Positions 10,292 through 21,162 of a stretch of DNA of 64,000 nt are shown piece by piece. The notes beneath the pieces were generated by a model. The model worked only from the letters and a program-made list of their open reading frames with translations. It was not told the origin of the DNA and searched no databases. The position numbers and the translations under genes are program-made. The stretch's first letter is position 1, and the number at the start of each line of letters is the position of its first letter. Source of the DNA: Terriglobia bacterium (lineage in GTDB: Bacteria; Acidobacteriota; Terriglobia; Terriglobales; Acidobacteriaceae); NCBI GenBank assembly GCA_963778995.1, contig CAVZWK010000020.1, forward strand, positions 431,570-495,569. Direction: 5' to 3'.

Positions 10292-11002
10292 TTAGAAATG
10301 TTCGCGGAGTTCGGCGAAGCGGCCGACGATCAACAGTTGCTGCTGTGGGGGTGCTGCGTTCAGTTCCTCGTGTTCCAGAATCCACGTATCGCCGTGCGGC
10401 ACGAAGACCGCGTGCAATCCCGCAGCGAGTGCCGGATTGATATCCGACTTCGGACTGTTGCCGATCATCCACGTCGAATGGTGTGTGCAATCGTATTTCT
10501 CGGCGATGTGCCCGTAGATTTTGGGGTCCTTCTCGGCGACAACTTCTGTGGCGGCAAAATACTTCTGTACTCCCGAGCGGTCGATCTTTCCCGTTTGCTC
10601 GAGCATCGCACCCTTGGTTACAAGAATCAGACGGTGGCGTTTGGAGAGATAGTCGAGCGTCTCCGGAACTTCTGGAAGAAATTCGATCGCATGATTCTCA
10701 ACCGTGCTCGCGATGCTCCTGACTTGAGCGACAAGCTCCGGCGTAACTGGAACGGGGCTCAGGTGCTCGAAGGTGCTCACCAGCGCGTGCGCGAAACTGT
10801 GCAGGCCGTATCCATGGGTCACGATGCACTCACGTTCGACGTCGTTGAGCACTTCGCGAACCTGCTCGGGAGAGAACTCATGATGATTCAGGAATGAAAT
10901 GAAGCGTGCGATGGCACGCTCGAAGTAGATGTTGTTCTCCCAGAGCGTATCGTCGGCGTCGATGAGGAGAGTCTGGGGAGGCAAGCTCGTAGCTCCAGGC
11001 AA
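10292..11002 (-). CDS. HAD superfamily hydrolase
   Basis: DxD motif LLIDADDTLW; HAD motifs III/IV (LVTKG ... GNSPKSD). Confidence 0.8.
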   Translation of the reverse strand: MPGATSLPPQTLLIDADDTLWENNIYFERAIARFISFLNHHEFSPEQVREVLNDVERECIVTHGYGLHSFAHALVSTFEHLSPVPVTPELVAQVRSIASTVENHAIEFLPEVPETLDYLSKRHRLILVTKGAMLEQTGKIDRSGVQKYFAATEVVAEKDPKIYGHIAEKYDCTHHSTWMIGNSPKSDINPALAAGLHAVFVPHGDTWILEHEELNAAPPQQQLLIVGRFAELREHF

Positions 11003-11015
11003 CTTCTGAAACCCA

Positions 11016-11083
11016 GAAGAATGAAGTCAGAATGCAGAAGTAAAAAGGCCTTATTCTGCACTCTTACTTCTTCCTTCTGACTT
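11016..11083 (-). terminator. AT-rich imperfect long hairpin downstream of mqnD
   Basis: Inverted repeats gaagtcagaa / ttctgacttc and tgcagaa / ttctgca around an aaaaaggcc loop; markedly AT-rich for this GC-rich sequence. Confidence 0.3.
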
Positions 11084-11962
11084 CTAGCTGATCCAGTCCA
11101 CGCGTGCTTCGGGCCCGATGATTCCCGCCTTGTGCCCCATGTCGAGCAGGCGGCGGACGGCTTCGCGTCCGTCAGGTCCGTAGTCGAGCGTGCGTTCGTT
11201 GACGTACATGCCGACGAACTTGTCGGCGGACGCCGTGTCGAGATCGCGGGCGAACTGCATGGCGTAGGACAAAGCTTCCTCGCGATGATCAAGTCCGTAT
11301 TGAATGCTCTCGCGAAGAGCCGCTGTAACCGTGGACATCAATTCGGGACCGAGAGCGCGGCGGATGGCATTGCCTCCGAGCGGGAGTGGAAGTCCGGTCA
11401 CCTTCTGCCACCACTTGCCGAGATCGACAACACGGTGCAGGCCCGACTTGTCGTAGGTCAACTGTCCTTCATGAATGATCAGTCCGGCTTCGTACTTTCC
11501 TTCGAGGACTTGTGGAATGATCTGATCGAAAGGAACGACCTCGGTTTCAATCCCGGGAGAGAACAGTTGCAGCGCGAGATAGGCGGTCGTCAATTTACCT
11601 GGGACGGCGATCTTCCGTCCTTTGATTTCATCGCCGGTAAACGGGCGCGGCGACACAATCATCGGGCCATAGCCTTCACCGACACTGCCACCGCAGGCCA
11701 TCAGCGCGTATTTATCCTGAATGTAGGGATAAGCATGGAAAGAAATGGCGGTGACGTCGTACACACCTTCGCGCGCCTTCTGATTCAGCGTTTCAATGTC
11801 GCAGAGAGTGTGCGTGAAGCGCAGGCCGGGCGTGCGGACTTTATGCGTCGCCAACCCGTAAAACATGAAAGCGTCGTCGGAATCAGGACTATGGGCAACG
11901 GCGATTTCACGGACACCGGAGGTACCGGCAGAAGTGCTTTCGGTTTCAGATACGGTCGTCAT
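11084..11962 (-). CDS. mqnD: 1,4-dihydroxy-6-naphthoate synthase MqnD (futalosine pathway)
   Basis: Collinear with MqnD motifs as recalled from memory (SPDSDDAF.FYGL, VAVPG..TTAYL, VPFD, AGLIIHE, DLGKWW, TGLPLPLG, YVNE.TLD). Confidence 0.75.
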   Translation of the reverse strand: MTTVSETESTSAGTSGVREIAVAHSPDSDDAFMFYGLATHKVRTPGLRFTHTLCDIETLNQKAREGVYDVTAISFHAYPYIQDKYALMACGGSVGEGYGPMIVSPRPFTGDEIKGRKIAVPGKLTTAYLALQLFSPGIETEVVPFDQIIPQVLEGKYEAGLIIHEGQLTYDKSGLHRVVDLGKWWQKVTGLPLPLGGNAIRRALGPELMSTVTAALRESIQYGLDHREEALSYAMQFARDLDTASADKFVGMYVNERTLDYGPDGREAVRRLLDMGHKAGIIGPEARVDWIS

Positions 11963-11977
11963 TGTTCTATGAATTCC

Positions 11978-12575
11978 TTAAGAGCGACTCGCGGACGAAG
12001 AGGTTCGGTCCCGGCGCCAGCGCGATGCAATTCCCGCCGCCAGCATCACCTTGATTACTTCCGCGGCGATGAACCAGTAGAGTCCCAGGTAAGCAGCTTT
12101 CGCCAGCGAATGAGTGAACACGTACAGCCAGGTGAGACCTCCAGTGAAGAGCAGTATCTCGGCCAGCAACGCCGCAATGGCCGCTCGTGCGAATGTCTTC
12201 TTACCTTGCTCGAAGATGGATCCGGCCAGAAACGCTACGAAGGGATATACCAGCAGGAAGCCACCGGTCACTCCGAAGAGTTGAGCGATTCCCCCGGAGG
12301 GCAGTCGGACTGAAAACGGGAAGGCCTACCATTCCTTCCACCAAATAAAAGAGCAGCGCGGCGAAACCTCGGCGGCTTCCAAGGAACAGCCCCACGAGCA
12401 GCACGGCGAGATTCTGAACCGTCAGCGGCACTGGGGTCAGCGGCATGAGCGGGATCGTGATATGCGCGCATACCGCGACGAATATGCTGGCGCCCACGAT
12501 AAGCGCGGCTTGCCGAAGGGCTTCGAATGCGCGCTGCTGCCGAGAATCCAGAGCCTGAATCGCCAATCTTGTCAT
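11978..12575 (-). CDS. bioY: Biotin transporter BioY, reading frame broken once (about 12290, C5 run)
   Basis: ORFs 12201..12575 and 11978..12271 together give a full BioY (ITIPLMPLTPVPLTVQNLAVLLVGLFLG ... GFLLVYPFVAFLAGSIF); frames overlap at a ccccc homopolymer. Confidence 0.7.
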
Positions 12576-12929
12576 CGATCAATCTCCCCAACTCTTCGGA
12601 AGGTATTAGCGTTCGACAGAATCGACTCGCCCACTACGCTCAGGTTGTTCCGGAGCGGCATCGCTTGCTGCGTGGGCCTTCTGCAGATGTCTTCGCAGGT
12701 GCATGTACAGGGCAATGACCACACACACGACGACGAGCGTGCTCACGCCCAGGATCAGGAACCACCAGATCATCCGCACGACGCATTAGGATAACAGCTT
12801 CTGGCGGGTTGCTCCTAGTTCCAGGCCGGTTCAGCTACAGTGGCCGGATAGTGAGCGGGAAGCAGCGGATTCCTCCTTTCTCTCGGAATGGCAAAGTTGA
12901 TTTTGCTGGAAGTTGCTGTGCTTTCGTCT

Positions 12930-13391
12930 CTATGCTTTCGTGGTCGCTTTGAGCCGCTCTTTCATCATTTCCACACGCTTCATCATGAACTGAAGCCGGT
13001 CGCGACCCCACTTCGTGCGGGTGACTGCAGCCTCGATTTCCTTCCAGGCGTTTGGATCGTTCAGTTTCTCGCGCAGTTCTTTGATGAAGGGATGAATCTT
13101 GGCATAGATCAGGAACATCTCGCCGCTCACGCCGGGCTTCAGGAAAAGTTCTTCGTTCAGGACGCCGGTTACTACGAACGAGGCAACCATCCCCCAGTAA
13201 CTGCCCGCTTGCCGCAACCAGGCGTTCTCCGGCGTTCCCATGGCGAACGCGACTTTCATATAATCCTCGGCGCTTTCGGGGAAGAACTCTCCCGCCCACC
13301 AGGCGCGGGCTTTGCGCATTTCCGGTTCGCGGCGGAGATCGTAAAGCTGCACAATCAATTGCGCATCGGCAATCGTAGGCTTCTTAGCCAT
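12930..13391 (-). CDS. Hypothetical protein (about 153 aa)
   Basis: Start set to the ATG at 13391, preceded by a GGAGGAA RBS; no recognisable domain. Confidence 0.55.
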   Translation of the reverse strand: MAKKPTIADAQLIVQLYDLRREPEMRKARAWWAGEFFPESAEDYMKVAFAMGTPENAWLRQAGSYWGMVASFVVTGVLNEELFLKPGVSGEMFLIYAKIHPFIKELREKLNDPNAWKEIEAAVTRTKWGRDRLQFMMKRVEMMKERLKATTKA

Positions 13392-13477
13392 GTTTCCTCC
13401 ATTGAATTTTGAGATGAACTTCAGAATTTGGACGACGTCGGACCTTAGACGATCCGACGTCGCGGCAAGATTCAAAA

Positions 13478-15991
13478 TCAGGAATGCGTCGCGCTCTGAG
13501 CACTAGCGGCCGCAGCCTCTGGAGGCGGAGGTGGAGCGGGGCGTTCGTAATCGCATTCCTTATTCGGGCACGCGATCACCGGGCCGGCTTTCAGGTTCTT
13601 TTCCACCAGATACTCGCTGCCGCAACTCGGGCATTTCTCGGCGATCGGCTTGTGCGCCGAAGTGAATTTGCACTTTGGATAATTGCCGCAGCCGTAGAAA
13701 GTATTACCCTTGCGCGCGCGCTTCTCGACGAGATCGCCGTCTTTGCAGTCCGGGCACTTCACGCCGATAAAATTCTGCTTCACGTACTTGCACTCGGGAT
13801 ATCCGCTGCAGGTGGTGAACTCGCCGTAACGGCCGTGGCGGATCATCATATTGCGTCCGCATTTCGGGCAAAGTTCGTCGAGCGGAATGTCCGGAACCTT
13901 CTTGCCCTGATCCAGACGCCGCGTGGTCTTGCAGTCGGGATACCCGGTGCAGGCCATGAACTGCCCGAACCGCCCACGCTTGAGAACCATAACACGTCCA
14001 CAGTTCTCGCAGTATTCCTCCTGCGTGGTGCCCTGCACGTCGGCGGAATCGAGATCGGGCAGGTTGATCGGATTTTCTTTGGTGAATGTGCAGGTATTCG
14101 GATCGTCTTTGTCGTAGGTGCTGCACGCGTAAAACGAACCGTGCTTGCCCCACTTGATCACCAGCGGCGCGCCACACTTTTCACACTTCTCATCGGTGGG
14201 CTTCTCCATCCGCTTGATGTTTTCCATGTGCTTGGCCGCATACTTCAGATCTTTCTGGAACTTCTTGTAGAACTCGGCCATGGCGTCTTGCCACTTCTCT
14301 TTGCCCTCCTCGATTTCGTCGAGTTCTTCTTCGAGGCGCGCCGTGTACTGGAGGTCAAAAATGTCCTGGAAATTTTCGACCAGAAGATCCGTCACCACCA
14401 GGCCGATTTCCGTGGGAACGAATTTCCCGCCGAGCTTCTGCACATACTGGCGCTCTTGAATCGTAGAAAGGATCGCGGCGTAGGTCGAAGGACGTCCAAT
14501 GCCTCGCTCCTCCAGTTCTTTCACCAGCGATGCTTCGTTGAAGCGCGGCGGTGGCTCGGTGAAGTGCTGCTCGGGCTTCAATTCCTTGAGCGTGAGCTTC
14601 TGCCCGGCTTCGAGCGCGGGTAATTTATGCTTCAGTTCCTCGTCTTCTTCGTCCTTGCCTTCCTTCGACTCTTCGTAAACTCGGAGGAAGCCGTCAAACT
14701 TGAGCACGGATCCGGTTACGCGGAACCAGAAGACTTCACTCCCACTCTTCGCGTCGATATCGACTGTGGTCTGATCGAAGACCGCAGGATTGATCTGCGA
14801 GGCCACAAAGCGCTGCCAGATCAGTTTGTAGACCTTGAACTCATCTTCTTTTAAATATTGTTTGATCTGGTCGGGATGACGCATCGCCGAAGTGGGGCGG
14901 ATCGCCTCGTGTGCTCCCTGTGAATCTTTCTTCTCTTTGAAGGTGTTCGGAGCCTCGGGCAGATACGTTGGGCCGTATTCCTTGCCGACGTACTCGCGCA
15001 CTTCAGCGATCGCTTCGGGCGCCACTCGCGTCGAATCAGTTCGCATGTAAGTGATGAGGCCGACGGACCCTTCTTCGCCGAGTTCAACGCCTTCATACAG
15101 GCGCTGCGCAATCATCATCGTGCGCTTCACACTGAACCGCAGCTTGCGGGACGAATCCTGCTGCAGTTTGCTGGTCGTGAACGGAGGAGCAGCATTGCGG
15201 CGGCGCTCTTTCTTGTCAACCGAGCGCACGATCCAGTCGGCCTTTTCCAGAGCGACGCGGATCTTTTCGGCTTCTTCTCCGTTATTGACTTCGATCTTTT
15301 CTTCGCCCTTGCCGACAAAGCGAGCGTCAAATGCCGGAGGCTTGCTGGCGGCGAGATGCGCGTCAATGGTCCAATATTCCTTCTTTTCGAACGCCTTGAT
15401 TTCGCGTTCGCGCTCGACAATCAGGCGGAGGGCAACCGTCTGCACGCGTCCGGCGGAAAGACCGCGGCGAACTTTGTCCCACAAAAGCGGAGAGACCTGG
15501 TATCCGACAAGGCGATCGAGGACACGGCGTGCCTGCTGCGCGTCAACCAGGTTCTGATCGATCGCACGTGGATGCTCGAACGCGGCCTGCACGGCGCGCT
15601 TCGTGATTTCGTTGAACGTGACGCGCTGGATCCGCGGAGGAGCCTCGGGCTCGCCCTTCTTTGCTTTCTTGGCTTTCTTTTTCTTGCCGCCATCGTCGAG
15701 TTCAAAGGCGAGATGCGCGGCAATGGCTTCCCCTTCGCGGTCCGGATCAGGGGCGAGATAAATAGCGTCGGCAGATGCGGCCAGCTTCTTTAGCTTCGCA
15801 ACAACTTTTTCTTTCCCGGGGATGACGATGTAATCCGTCTCGAAATCGTTCGAGATGTCCACGCCGAGAGTGCTCTTGGGCAGATCTTTGACATGCCCGA
15901 GGGAAGCTTCGACTGAAAAGCCCTTCCCCAAATACTTCTGGATGGTTTTCGCCTTGGCCGGCGATTCGACAATGACTAAACCTTTTGACAA
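13478..15991 (-). CDS. topA: DNA topoisomerase I
   Basis: 837 aa; Toprim N-terminus (LVIVESPAKAKTI), catalytic Tyr region, C-terminal Cys4 zinc-ribbon repeats. Confidence 0.97.
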   Translation of the reverse strand: MSKGLVIVESPAKAKTIQKYLGKGFSVEASLGHVKDLPKSTLGVDISNDFETDYIVIPGKEKVVAKLKKLAASADAIYLAPDPDREGEAIAAHLAFELDDGGKKKKAKKAKKGEPEAPPRIQRVTFNEITKRAVQAAFEHPRAIDQNLVDAQQARRVLDRLVGYQVSPLLWDKVRRGLSAGRVQTVALRLIVEREREIKAFEKKEYWTIDAHLAASKPPAFDARFVGKGEEKIEVNNGEEAEKIRVALEKADWIVRSVDKKERRRNAAPPFTTSKLQQDSSRKLRFSVKRTMMIAQRLYEGVELGEEGSVGLITYMRTDSTRVAPEAIAEVREYVGKEYGPTYLPEAPNTFKEKKDSQGAHEAIRPTSAMRHPDQIKQYLKEDEFKVYKLIWQRFVASQINPAVFDQTTVDIDAKSGSEVFWFRVTGSVLKFDGFLRVYEESKEGKDEEDEELKHKLPALEAGQKLTLKELKPEQHFTEPPPRFNEASLVKELEERGIGRPSTYAAILSTIQERQYVQKLGGKFVPTEIGLVVTDLLVENFQDIFDLQYTARLEEELDEIEEGKEKWQDAMAEFYKKFQKDLKYAAKHMENIKRMEKPTDEKCEKCGAPLVIKWGKHGSFYACSTYDKDDPNTCTFTKENPINLPDLDSADVQGTTQEEYCENCGRVMVLKRGRFGQFMACTGYPDCKTTRRLDQGKKVPDIPLDELCPKCGRNMMIRHGRYGEFTTCSGYPECKYVKQNFIGVKCPDCKDGDLVEKRARKGNTFYGCGNYPKCKFTSAHKPIAEKCPSCGSEYLVEKNLKAGPVIACPNKECDYERPAPPPPPEAAAASAQSATHS

Positions 15992-16243
15992 TTTTTCCTC
16001 AATCTGCTTGGAGTACGTTTTTTGAAGCTAGCACGAATGTCAAGCGGGGAACAAGTTACCCGCAAGAAAGCTCCTAGCTAAAGGCGGACCTTGTCAGACG
16101 TTGAGCTAATGCTGCCAGCATTCGCTGAACCTCCAGAACTCGTCCGTGCATGTCGCTGAATTCGTCACCCGTTAAGAGGGTCAGATCCTTGAAATCTTCC
16201 ATCCTCCTCCGTACTTGCCCAGCTAAATGCTAGGAGCTAGCGG

Positions 16244-17426
16244 CTAGAAGCTCTTCACAAAATTCTTCCCCGGCATCTGACGGATCTTGCTCGTCAGTTC
16301 CAGTTCGAAGAGCGCGGCGAAGATTTCTGAGGAGGACATTTCCGACTCCAGCTTCTCGATGAGTTCATCGATGTGCGTGGCTTCGTCAGCTTTCAGAAGG
16401 CTTAGTATCTTTTTTTCGTGAGGAGGAAGCCCGTCGTCTGGAAATAGAGATGCGGATGCCGGTCCCTGGGATTCAGCCGAGCCATGAGGGGCCAGCGTAA
16501 GTCGTACTTCTGACGGGAGATCCTCCCACACGTCCTCCCATGTCGCAACCAGCTTGGCTCCTTGTTTGATGAGGGTATTCGGGCCCCAGGAGTTCTTGTT
16601 GGTGACGTTTCCCGGAACGGCAAACACATCGCGATCCTGTTCGAGCGCGAGGCGGGCGGTGATGCGGGTGCCCGGAATATTCGGCCGCTTCAACGACAAG
16701 AACTCCGATGGACATTCCGCTCAGAATCCGGTTCCGGATCGGGAAGTTTTGGGGAAAAGCAGAGGTGCCAATGGAAAACTCAGATACCAGCGCTCCTCCA
16801 GAGCCGAGAATCTGTTCCGCAAGACGCGAGTTCTCTTTCGGGTAGATCACATCCACGCCCGTGCCAAATACCGCGACAGTTTTCCCTTTTGCGGAAATTG
16901 CGCCGCGATGGCTTGCCGTGTCAACGCCGCGAGCCATCCCACTAATAATGACCAGCCCTTGGGAGGCAAGATCGCAGGCCAGCCGCTCTGCCATGCCTGA
17001 ACCATAAGGCGTAGGGTGACGCGTGCCCACTACCGCAATTCCCGGCCTGGTCAGCAGGTGGGCATCGCCCCGTACATAGAGAATGAGCGGCGGATCATAA
17101 ATCTCCTTCAGCCGCACCGGGTAGACAGGATCGTCCAGCGAGAGAACCGTGACACCCTGATCCGCGGCGCGAGCCAGCTCTTCCCGCGCCAGTTCAGCCG
17201 ATTTCCCGGTTGCAATCGACTGGGCAGAAGTAGCCTGTATGCCAGACCCTTCCAGTTCGGTGAGAGAGGCACGAAATACGGCTTCGGGCGATCCGAAATG
17301 CTCGACCAGTTTGCGAGCTCTTGTGGGACCTAATCCAGATGTCAGGGTGAGAGCAATCCATTCAACCGCGTGGGTGGGAGAGGGCGAGGCTGCGACAGTA
17401 GACACAATAGGCTCCGCCCCGGACAC
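16244..17426 (-). CDS. dprA: DNA processing protein DprA (Smf), frame broken once near 16690
   Basis: ORFs 16473..17426 and 16244..16699 join across a ccggg run (…[11 protein letters not shown] | [18 protein letters not shown]); classic dprA-topA operon order. Confidence 0.85.
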
Positions 17427-17492
17427 TACTTACCGCGAAAGAACCCTGTCAAGGTCAGATGTCACAATCCGTTTGTTAATATTGTGGAAAGA

Positions 17493-18329
17493 ATGAGACC
17501 GCTGCGGATTTCCGCGATTTCCTATCTGAATACCGCTCCTTTAATGTGGGATTTCGAGCACGGAGAGGCCCGGCGGCACTTCGAGATTTCTTACACGTTG
17601 CCCTCAGGATGCGCCCGCGCTTTGGCCGAGCGCAGTGCCGATTTGGGAATTATTCCGGCCGCAGCCTACACACAAATCCCGGGACTTCAGATTCTTCCCA
17701 ACGTGGCAATCGCCTCGTGCCGGGCCGTCCGTTCGATTCTGCTGGTCAGCCGAAAGCCCATCGAGCAGGTTCGAACCGTAGCGCTGGACACATCCTCCAT
17801 GACCTCGGTCGCGCTGACCAAAGTTCTTTTCGAGAAGTGGCTGGGGGGCGGACGGTCCTTCACTCCCATGGAGCCGGAAATCGAGAAAATGTTGTCGCAT
17901 TTCGACGCGGGACTGGTGATTGGAGATCCGGCACTGCAGGTGGATGGCTCGCAATATCGAAAGCTTGATCTGGCGGAAGAGTGGATTCGATTCACGGGCA
18001 AGCCCTTTGTCTTCGCATTCTGGGCGGTGCGTGGAGATGCGCTGCGTGAGGCCGATCCGGCGCTCGATATTGCTGGCATATTTCGCGATTCAAGGGATCA
18101 CGGTCTATCCGAGCCCAATCTGTCGCGGATTATTGCAGAGTGGGCGCCCAAGCTAGGACTTTCTGAAGCGACGGTTCGCAGCTATCTGACCCAGAATATT
18201 CACTACCAGCTCGATGCCGGTTGCCTCGAAGGTTTGCAGCTGTTCTACCGGTACGCAGCAGAAATCGGAGCCTTGCCGCAAGCGCCGGCGCTTCATTTCA
18301 TGGATGCCGCAAAGGTCAGCGTCAGCTAA
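17493..18329 (+). CDS. mqnA: Chorismate dehydratase MqnA (futalosine pathway)
   Basis: N-terminus MRPLRISAISYLNTAPL is the MqnA signature; start moved to the internal ATG 17493. Confidence 0.75.
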   Translation: MRPLRISAISYLNTAPLMWDFEHGEARRHFEISYTLPSGCARALAERSADLGIIPAAAYTQIPGLQILPNVAIASCRAVRSILLVSRKPIEQVRTVALDTSSMTSVALTKVLFEKWLGGGRSFTPMEPEIEKMLSHFDAGLVIGDPALQVDGSQYRKLDLAEEWIRFTGKPFVFAFWAVRGDALREADPALDIAGIFRDSRDHGLSEPNLSRIIAEWAPKLGLSEATVRSYLTQNIHYQLDAGCLEGLQLFYRYAAEIGALPQAPALHFMDAAKVSVS

Positions 18330-18338
18330 AGGCGTCAA

Positions 18339-18430
18339 CCACGAAGGACACGAAGTCACACGGAGGATAATCGCCTATAAGGTTTCCTTCGTAATCCTTC
18401 GTGTCCTTGGTGGTTTCCGCTTTTTCTATC
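18339..18430 (+). terminator. Intrinsic terminator after mqnA
   Basis: About 20-bp imperfect stem (aaccacgaaggacacgaag / cttcgtgtccttggtggtt) followed by gcTTTTTCT. Confidence 0.45.
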
Positions 18431-18473
18431 TTGCGCTTTGAATGCGCTAAGCTGGTAGCGCACCGGTGTCGAA

Positions 18474-19838
18474 TTGAGCTTGTTTCAACCCATCCCGAAT
18501 GCAGGCGGAGCACCTGACGGCACTCGTCCTCTCGCAGATCGCATGCGTCCGCGGACGCTCGACGAGTACGTCGGGCAAGAACATCTGATCGGGCCGGGCA
18601 AGCCGCTTCGCGTGCAGATCGAGCGCGATGATTCCGGATCGCTGATCTTTTGGGGTCCACCGGGAACCGGCAAAACAACGCTCGCGAAGATCATTGCCAA
18701 CCTGACCAAGGCAGAGTTTATTGAATTCTCCGCCGTGCTGGCCGGGATCAAAGAAATCAAGCAGGTGATGGCCGATGCGGAACGCGCCAAGCAGTACGGC
18801 ACCCGCACCATCGTGTTCATAGACGAGATTCACCGCTTCAACAAGGCCCAGCAGGACGCCTTCTTGCCGCACGTCGAGAAGGGAAACATCCGGCTGATCG
18901 GGGCCACCACCGAGAATCCATCTTTCGAGATCAACTCGGCATTGCTCTCACGCTGTCGGGTGTACGTACTGCAACCGCTAACGGAAGAGCAGATCGTGCT
19001 CCTGCTGCGTCGTGCGTTGAATGATAGGGAGCGCGGTTTGGGTGAGATGAATGGCAGCGCCTTTGAAAGTGTGCTGAAGACTATCGCAAGCTATACCAGC
19101 GGTGATGCGCGGAGCGCTTACAACGTCCTTGAGGTTGCGGCGGGATTGGCCCAGAAAAACACGGAAGGCGTGCTGGAGATCACTGACGACGTCGTCCGCG
19201 ATGCTTTGCAGAAACGCATTCTGCTCTATGACAAGGGTGGCGAAGAGCACTACAACCTGATTTCAGCGTTACACAAATCAGTGCGCAACAGCGATCCCGA
19301 CGCTGCTTTGTACTGGCTCGGCCGCATGCTGGAAGCCGGAGAAGATCCACTCTACATCGCACGACGCGTGGTGCGAATGGCGGTGGAAGACATAGGGCTG
19401 GCGGAACCCAATGCCCTCTCGTTGTGCATGGCAGCACGGGACGCCGTGGATTTCATCGGTATGCCGGAAGGAAATCTCGCGCTCGCTCAGGCTGTCGTCT
19501 ACCTATCGGTCGCCCCGAAGTCGAACGCGCTCTACACCGCGTACGGTAACGTTCAGCAGGATGTGGAACGCACCGCAGCAGAGAGTGTTCCTCTGCACTT
19601 GCGCAATGCCCCGACCAAGCTGATGAAAGGCCTTGGCTACGGCCAGGGCTATCAATACGCACATGATCTCGACTCCAAGGTCGCCAACATGCAGTGCCTT
19701 CCCGACAACCTGCGTGATCGAACTTATTACCATCCGACAAACGAAGGAATCGAAAAGCGCATTCGGGAACGGCTTGACGAGATCAAGCGGCAGCGGTCTC
19801 GGGTAGCGCAGGTGGACACGCAAAAGAAAGAATCATAA
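18474..19838 (+). CDS. rarA: Replication-associated recombination protein A (AAA+ ATPase)
   Basis: Walker A GPPGTGKTT; typical RarA/MgsA N- and C-terminal regions. Confidence 0.9.
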   Translation: MSLFQPIPNAGGAPDGTRPLADRMRPRTLDEYVGQEHLIGPGKPLRVQIERDDSGSLIFWGPPGTGKTTLAKIIANLTKAEFIEFSAVLAGIKEIKQVMADAERAKQYGTRTIVFIDEIHRFNKAQQDAFLPHVEKGNIRLIGATTENPSFEINSALLSRCRVYVLQPLTEEQIVLLLRRALNDRERGLGEMNGSAFESVLKTIASYTSGDARSAYNVLEVAAGLAQKNTEGVLEITDDVVRDALQKRILLYDKGGEEHYNLISALHKSVRNSDPDAALYWLGRMLEAGEDPLYIARRVVRMAVEDIGLAEPNALSLCMAARDAVDFIGMPEGNLALAQAVVYLSVAPKSNALYTAYGNVQQDVERTAAESVPLHLRNAPTKLMKGLGYGQGYQYAHDLDSKVANMQCLPDNLRDRTYYHPTNEGIEKRIRERLDEIKRQRSRVAQVDTQKKES

Positions 19839-19890
19839 TGTTGTTCATCAGCATCTCTCAAACATCACCTTAGTATGGCGAGGCCGATCT

Positions 19891-21162
19891 ATGGCTGCAA
19901 TTCCCAACCTGCCAGCGGTCCAACATCCCACGCCTTTGCTGTCCGCCGAGGTCATCGAAGACCTGCAGCGTGTGCAGAAAGCCGCGCAGAAGATCACATC
20001 CATTCTTGATCTCGATCAACTTATCGATAGCGTAGTTCATGAAGTAACTCAATCTTTCGGCTGTGTCGAAGCCAGCATTTACTTGCACGATGAAGAGCGC
20101 GCCGAGATGGTGATGGCAGGAGTACACGGGTGCACTTTGCACAAGAAAGGTCATCGTCTGAAGATCGGTCGCGAAGGCATGGTGGGATATGTCGCCTCCA
20201 CGGGACAGACCCGTTATGCGCCTGACGTCGACAAGGATCCCTACTACATTGGCTGCGAACATTCGGTGCGCTCGGAAGTTGCTATTCCTTTGCGCGTTGG
20301 CGAGCGCCTGGTGGGAGTTTTCACCGCATCCCATCCCGAAGTGGACGCATTTCCTCGACAGCAGCTCCGGCTTTTGCAGGCGTTTTGCGACCACGTGGCA
20401 GTCGCAGTGAACAATGCGCGACGGTTCCACCTGGAACGTTCCGAGCGGGCCGCGTTGGATCGTGAAGCTGCTGAGGCTCGCGCCATCCAGCAAGCGCTCT
20501 TGCCTAAGAGTTCTCCATACCTTCCCGGGTTCGTGATCTCTGGCCTGAGCGTGCCGGCGCGGGCCGTGGGCGGCGACTGGTACGACTTCATTCCCTTCCC
20601 CGACGGGCGTTGGGGTATCGTTCTTGCCGACGTATCGGGTAAGGGGACAGCGGCTGCCCTGCTGATGTCGGCAACTCGCGGAATGCTGCGTTCACTTGCC
20701 GAAGCATGCTGCACTCCTGGTGAGGTACTGACCCGGCTGAATCAGCTTCTGGTAAATGATTTTCCGGCAGGGAGATTCGTGACCCTGGTGTATGCGGTTC
20801 TCGATCCCGCCGCCCGTTCAGTGGTTTTTGCCAATGCCGGACATCTGCGGCCGCTCTTCATTGACGAAGCCGGAGAGCACTTTCTCGATGTCGAGCGCGG
20901 ATTGCCTCTAGGCCTGGCCTGCGGCGACTATTCGGAAACCGAACTCACGCTTTCACCCGGCTCACGCCTCGTTTTCTACAGCGACGGAATTACCGAAGCG
21001 GTCGATGCGAACGAGGACGAGTATGGAGCCTGCCGGCTGGCCGAGCACGCGATCCTGCCCGGTGCTTCGGCGGTGAGTATTGTGGAGGATGTGCGCTCAT
21101 TCGCAAACGGGTACGGCGTGCGCGATGATGCGACCGTGGTTTTTGTCGGTGTGAATCGCTGA
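19891..21162 (+). CDS. GAF sensor + PP2C-type (SpoIIE/RsbU-like) serine phosphatase
   Basis: GAF region followed by a PPM fold (GDWYDF...GIVLADVSGKG ... FYSDGITEA). Confidence 0.85.
   Translation: MAAIPNLPAVQHPTPLLSAEVIEDLQRVQKAAQKITSILDLDQLIDSVVHEVTQSFGCVEASIYLHDEERAEMVMAGVHGCTLHKKGHRLKIGREGMVGYVASTGQTRYAPDVDKDPYYIGCEHSVRSEVAIPLRVGERLVGVFTASHPEVDAFPRQQLRLLQAFCDHVAVAVNNARRFHLERSERAALDREAAEARAIQQALLPKSSPYLPGFVISGLSVPARAVGGDWYDFIPFPDGRWGIVLADVSGKGTAAALLMSATRGMLRSLAEACCTPGEVLTRLNQLLVNDFPAGRFVTLVYAVLDPAARSVVFANAGHLRPLFIDEAGEHFLDVERGLPLGLACGDYSETELTLSPGSRLVFYSDGITEAVDANEDEYGACRLAEHAILPGASAVSIVEDVRSFANGYGVRDDATVVFVGVNR

Noticed and set aside
11978-12575. bioY as a true pseudogene
   Set aside because: The single break sits at a C5 homopolymer and similar 1-nt breaks occur in essential genes (prfB, dprA), so a sequencing indel is more parsimonious; kept as CDS with a note
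12606-12773. 55-aa hydrophobic minus-strand ORF (MIWWFLILGVSTLVVVCVVIALYMHL...)
   Set aside because: Plausible mini membrane protein but below the ORF threshold, no convincing RBS, and no homology support visible; left unannotated
13484-14623. 379-aa + strand ORF
   Set aside because: Antisense shadow of topA in a GC-rich region; the topA reading is unambiguous
17760-17775. GGTTCGAACC tRNA-like T-arm motif
   Set aside because: Lies inside the mqnA coding frame with no flanking acceptor or anticodon stem structure; no tRNA genes identified in the window
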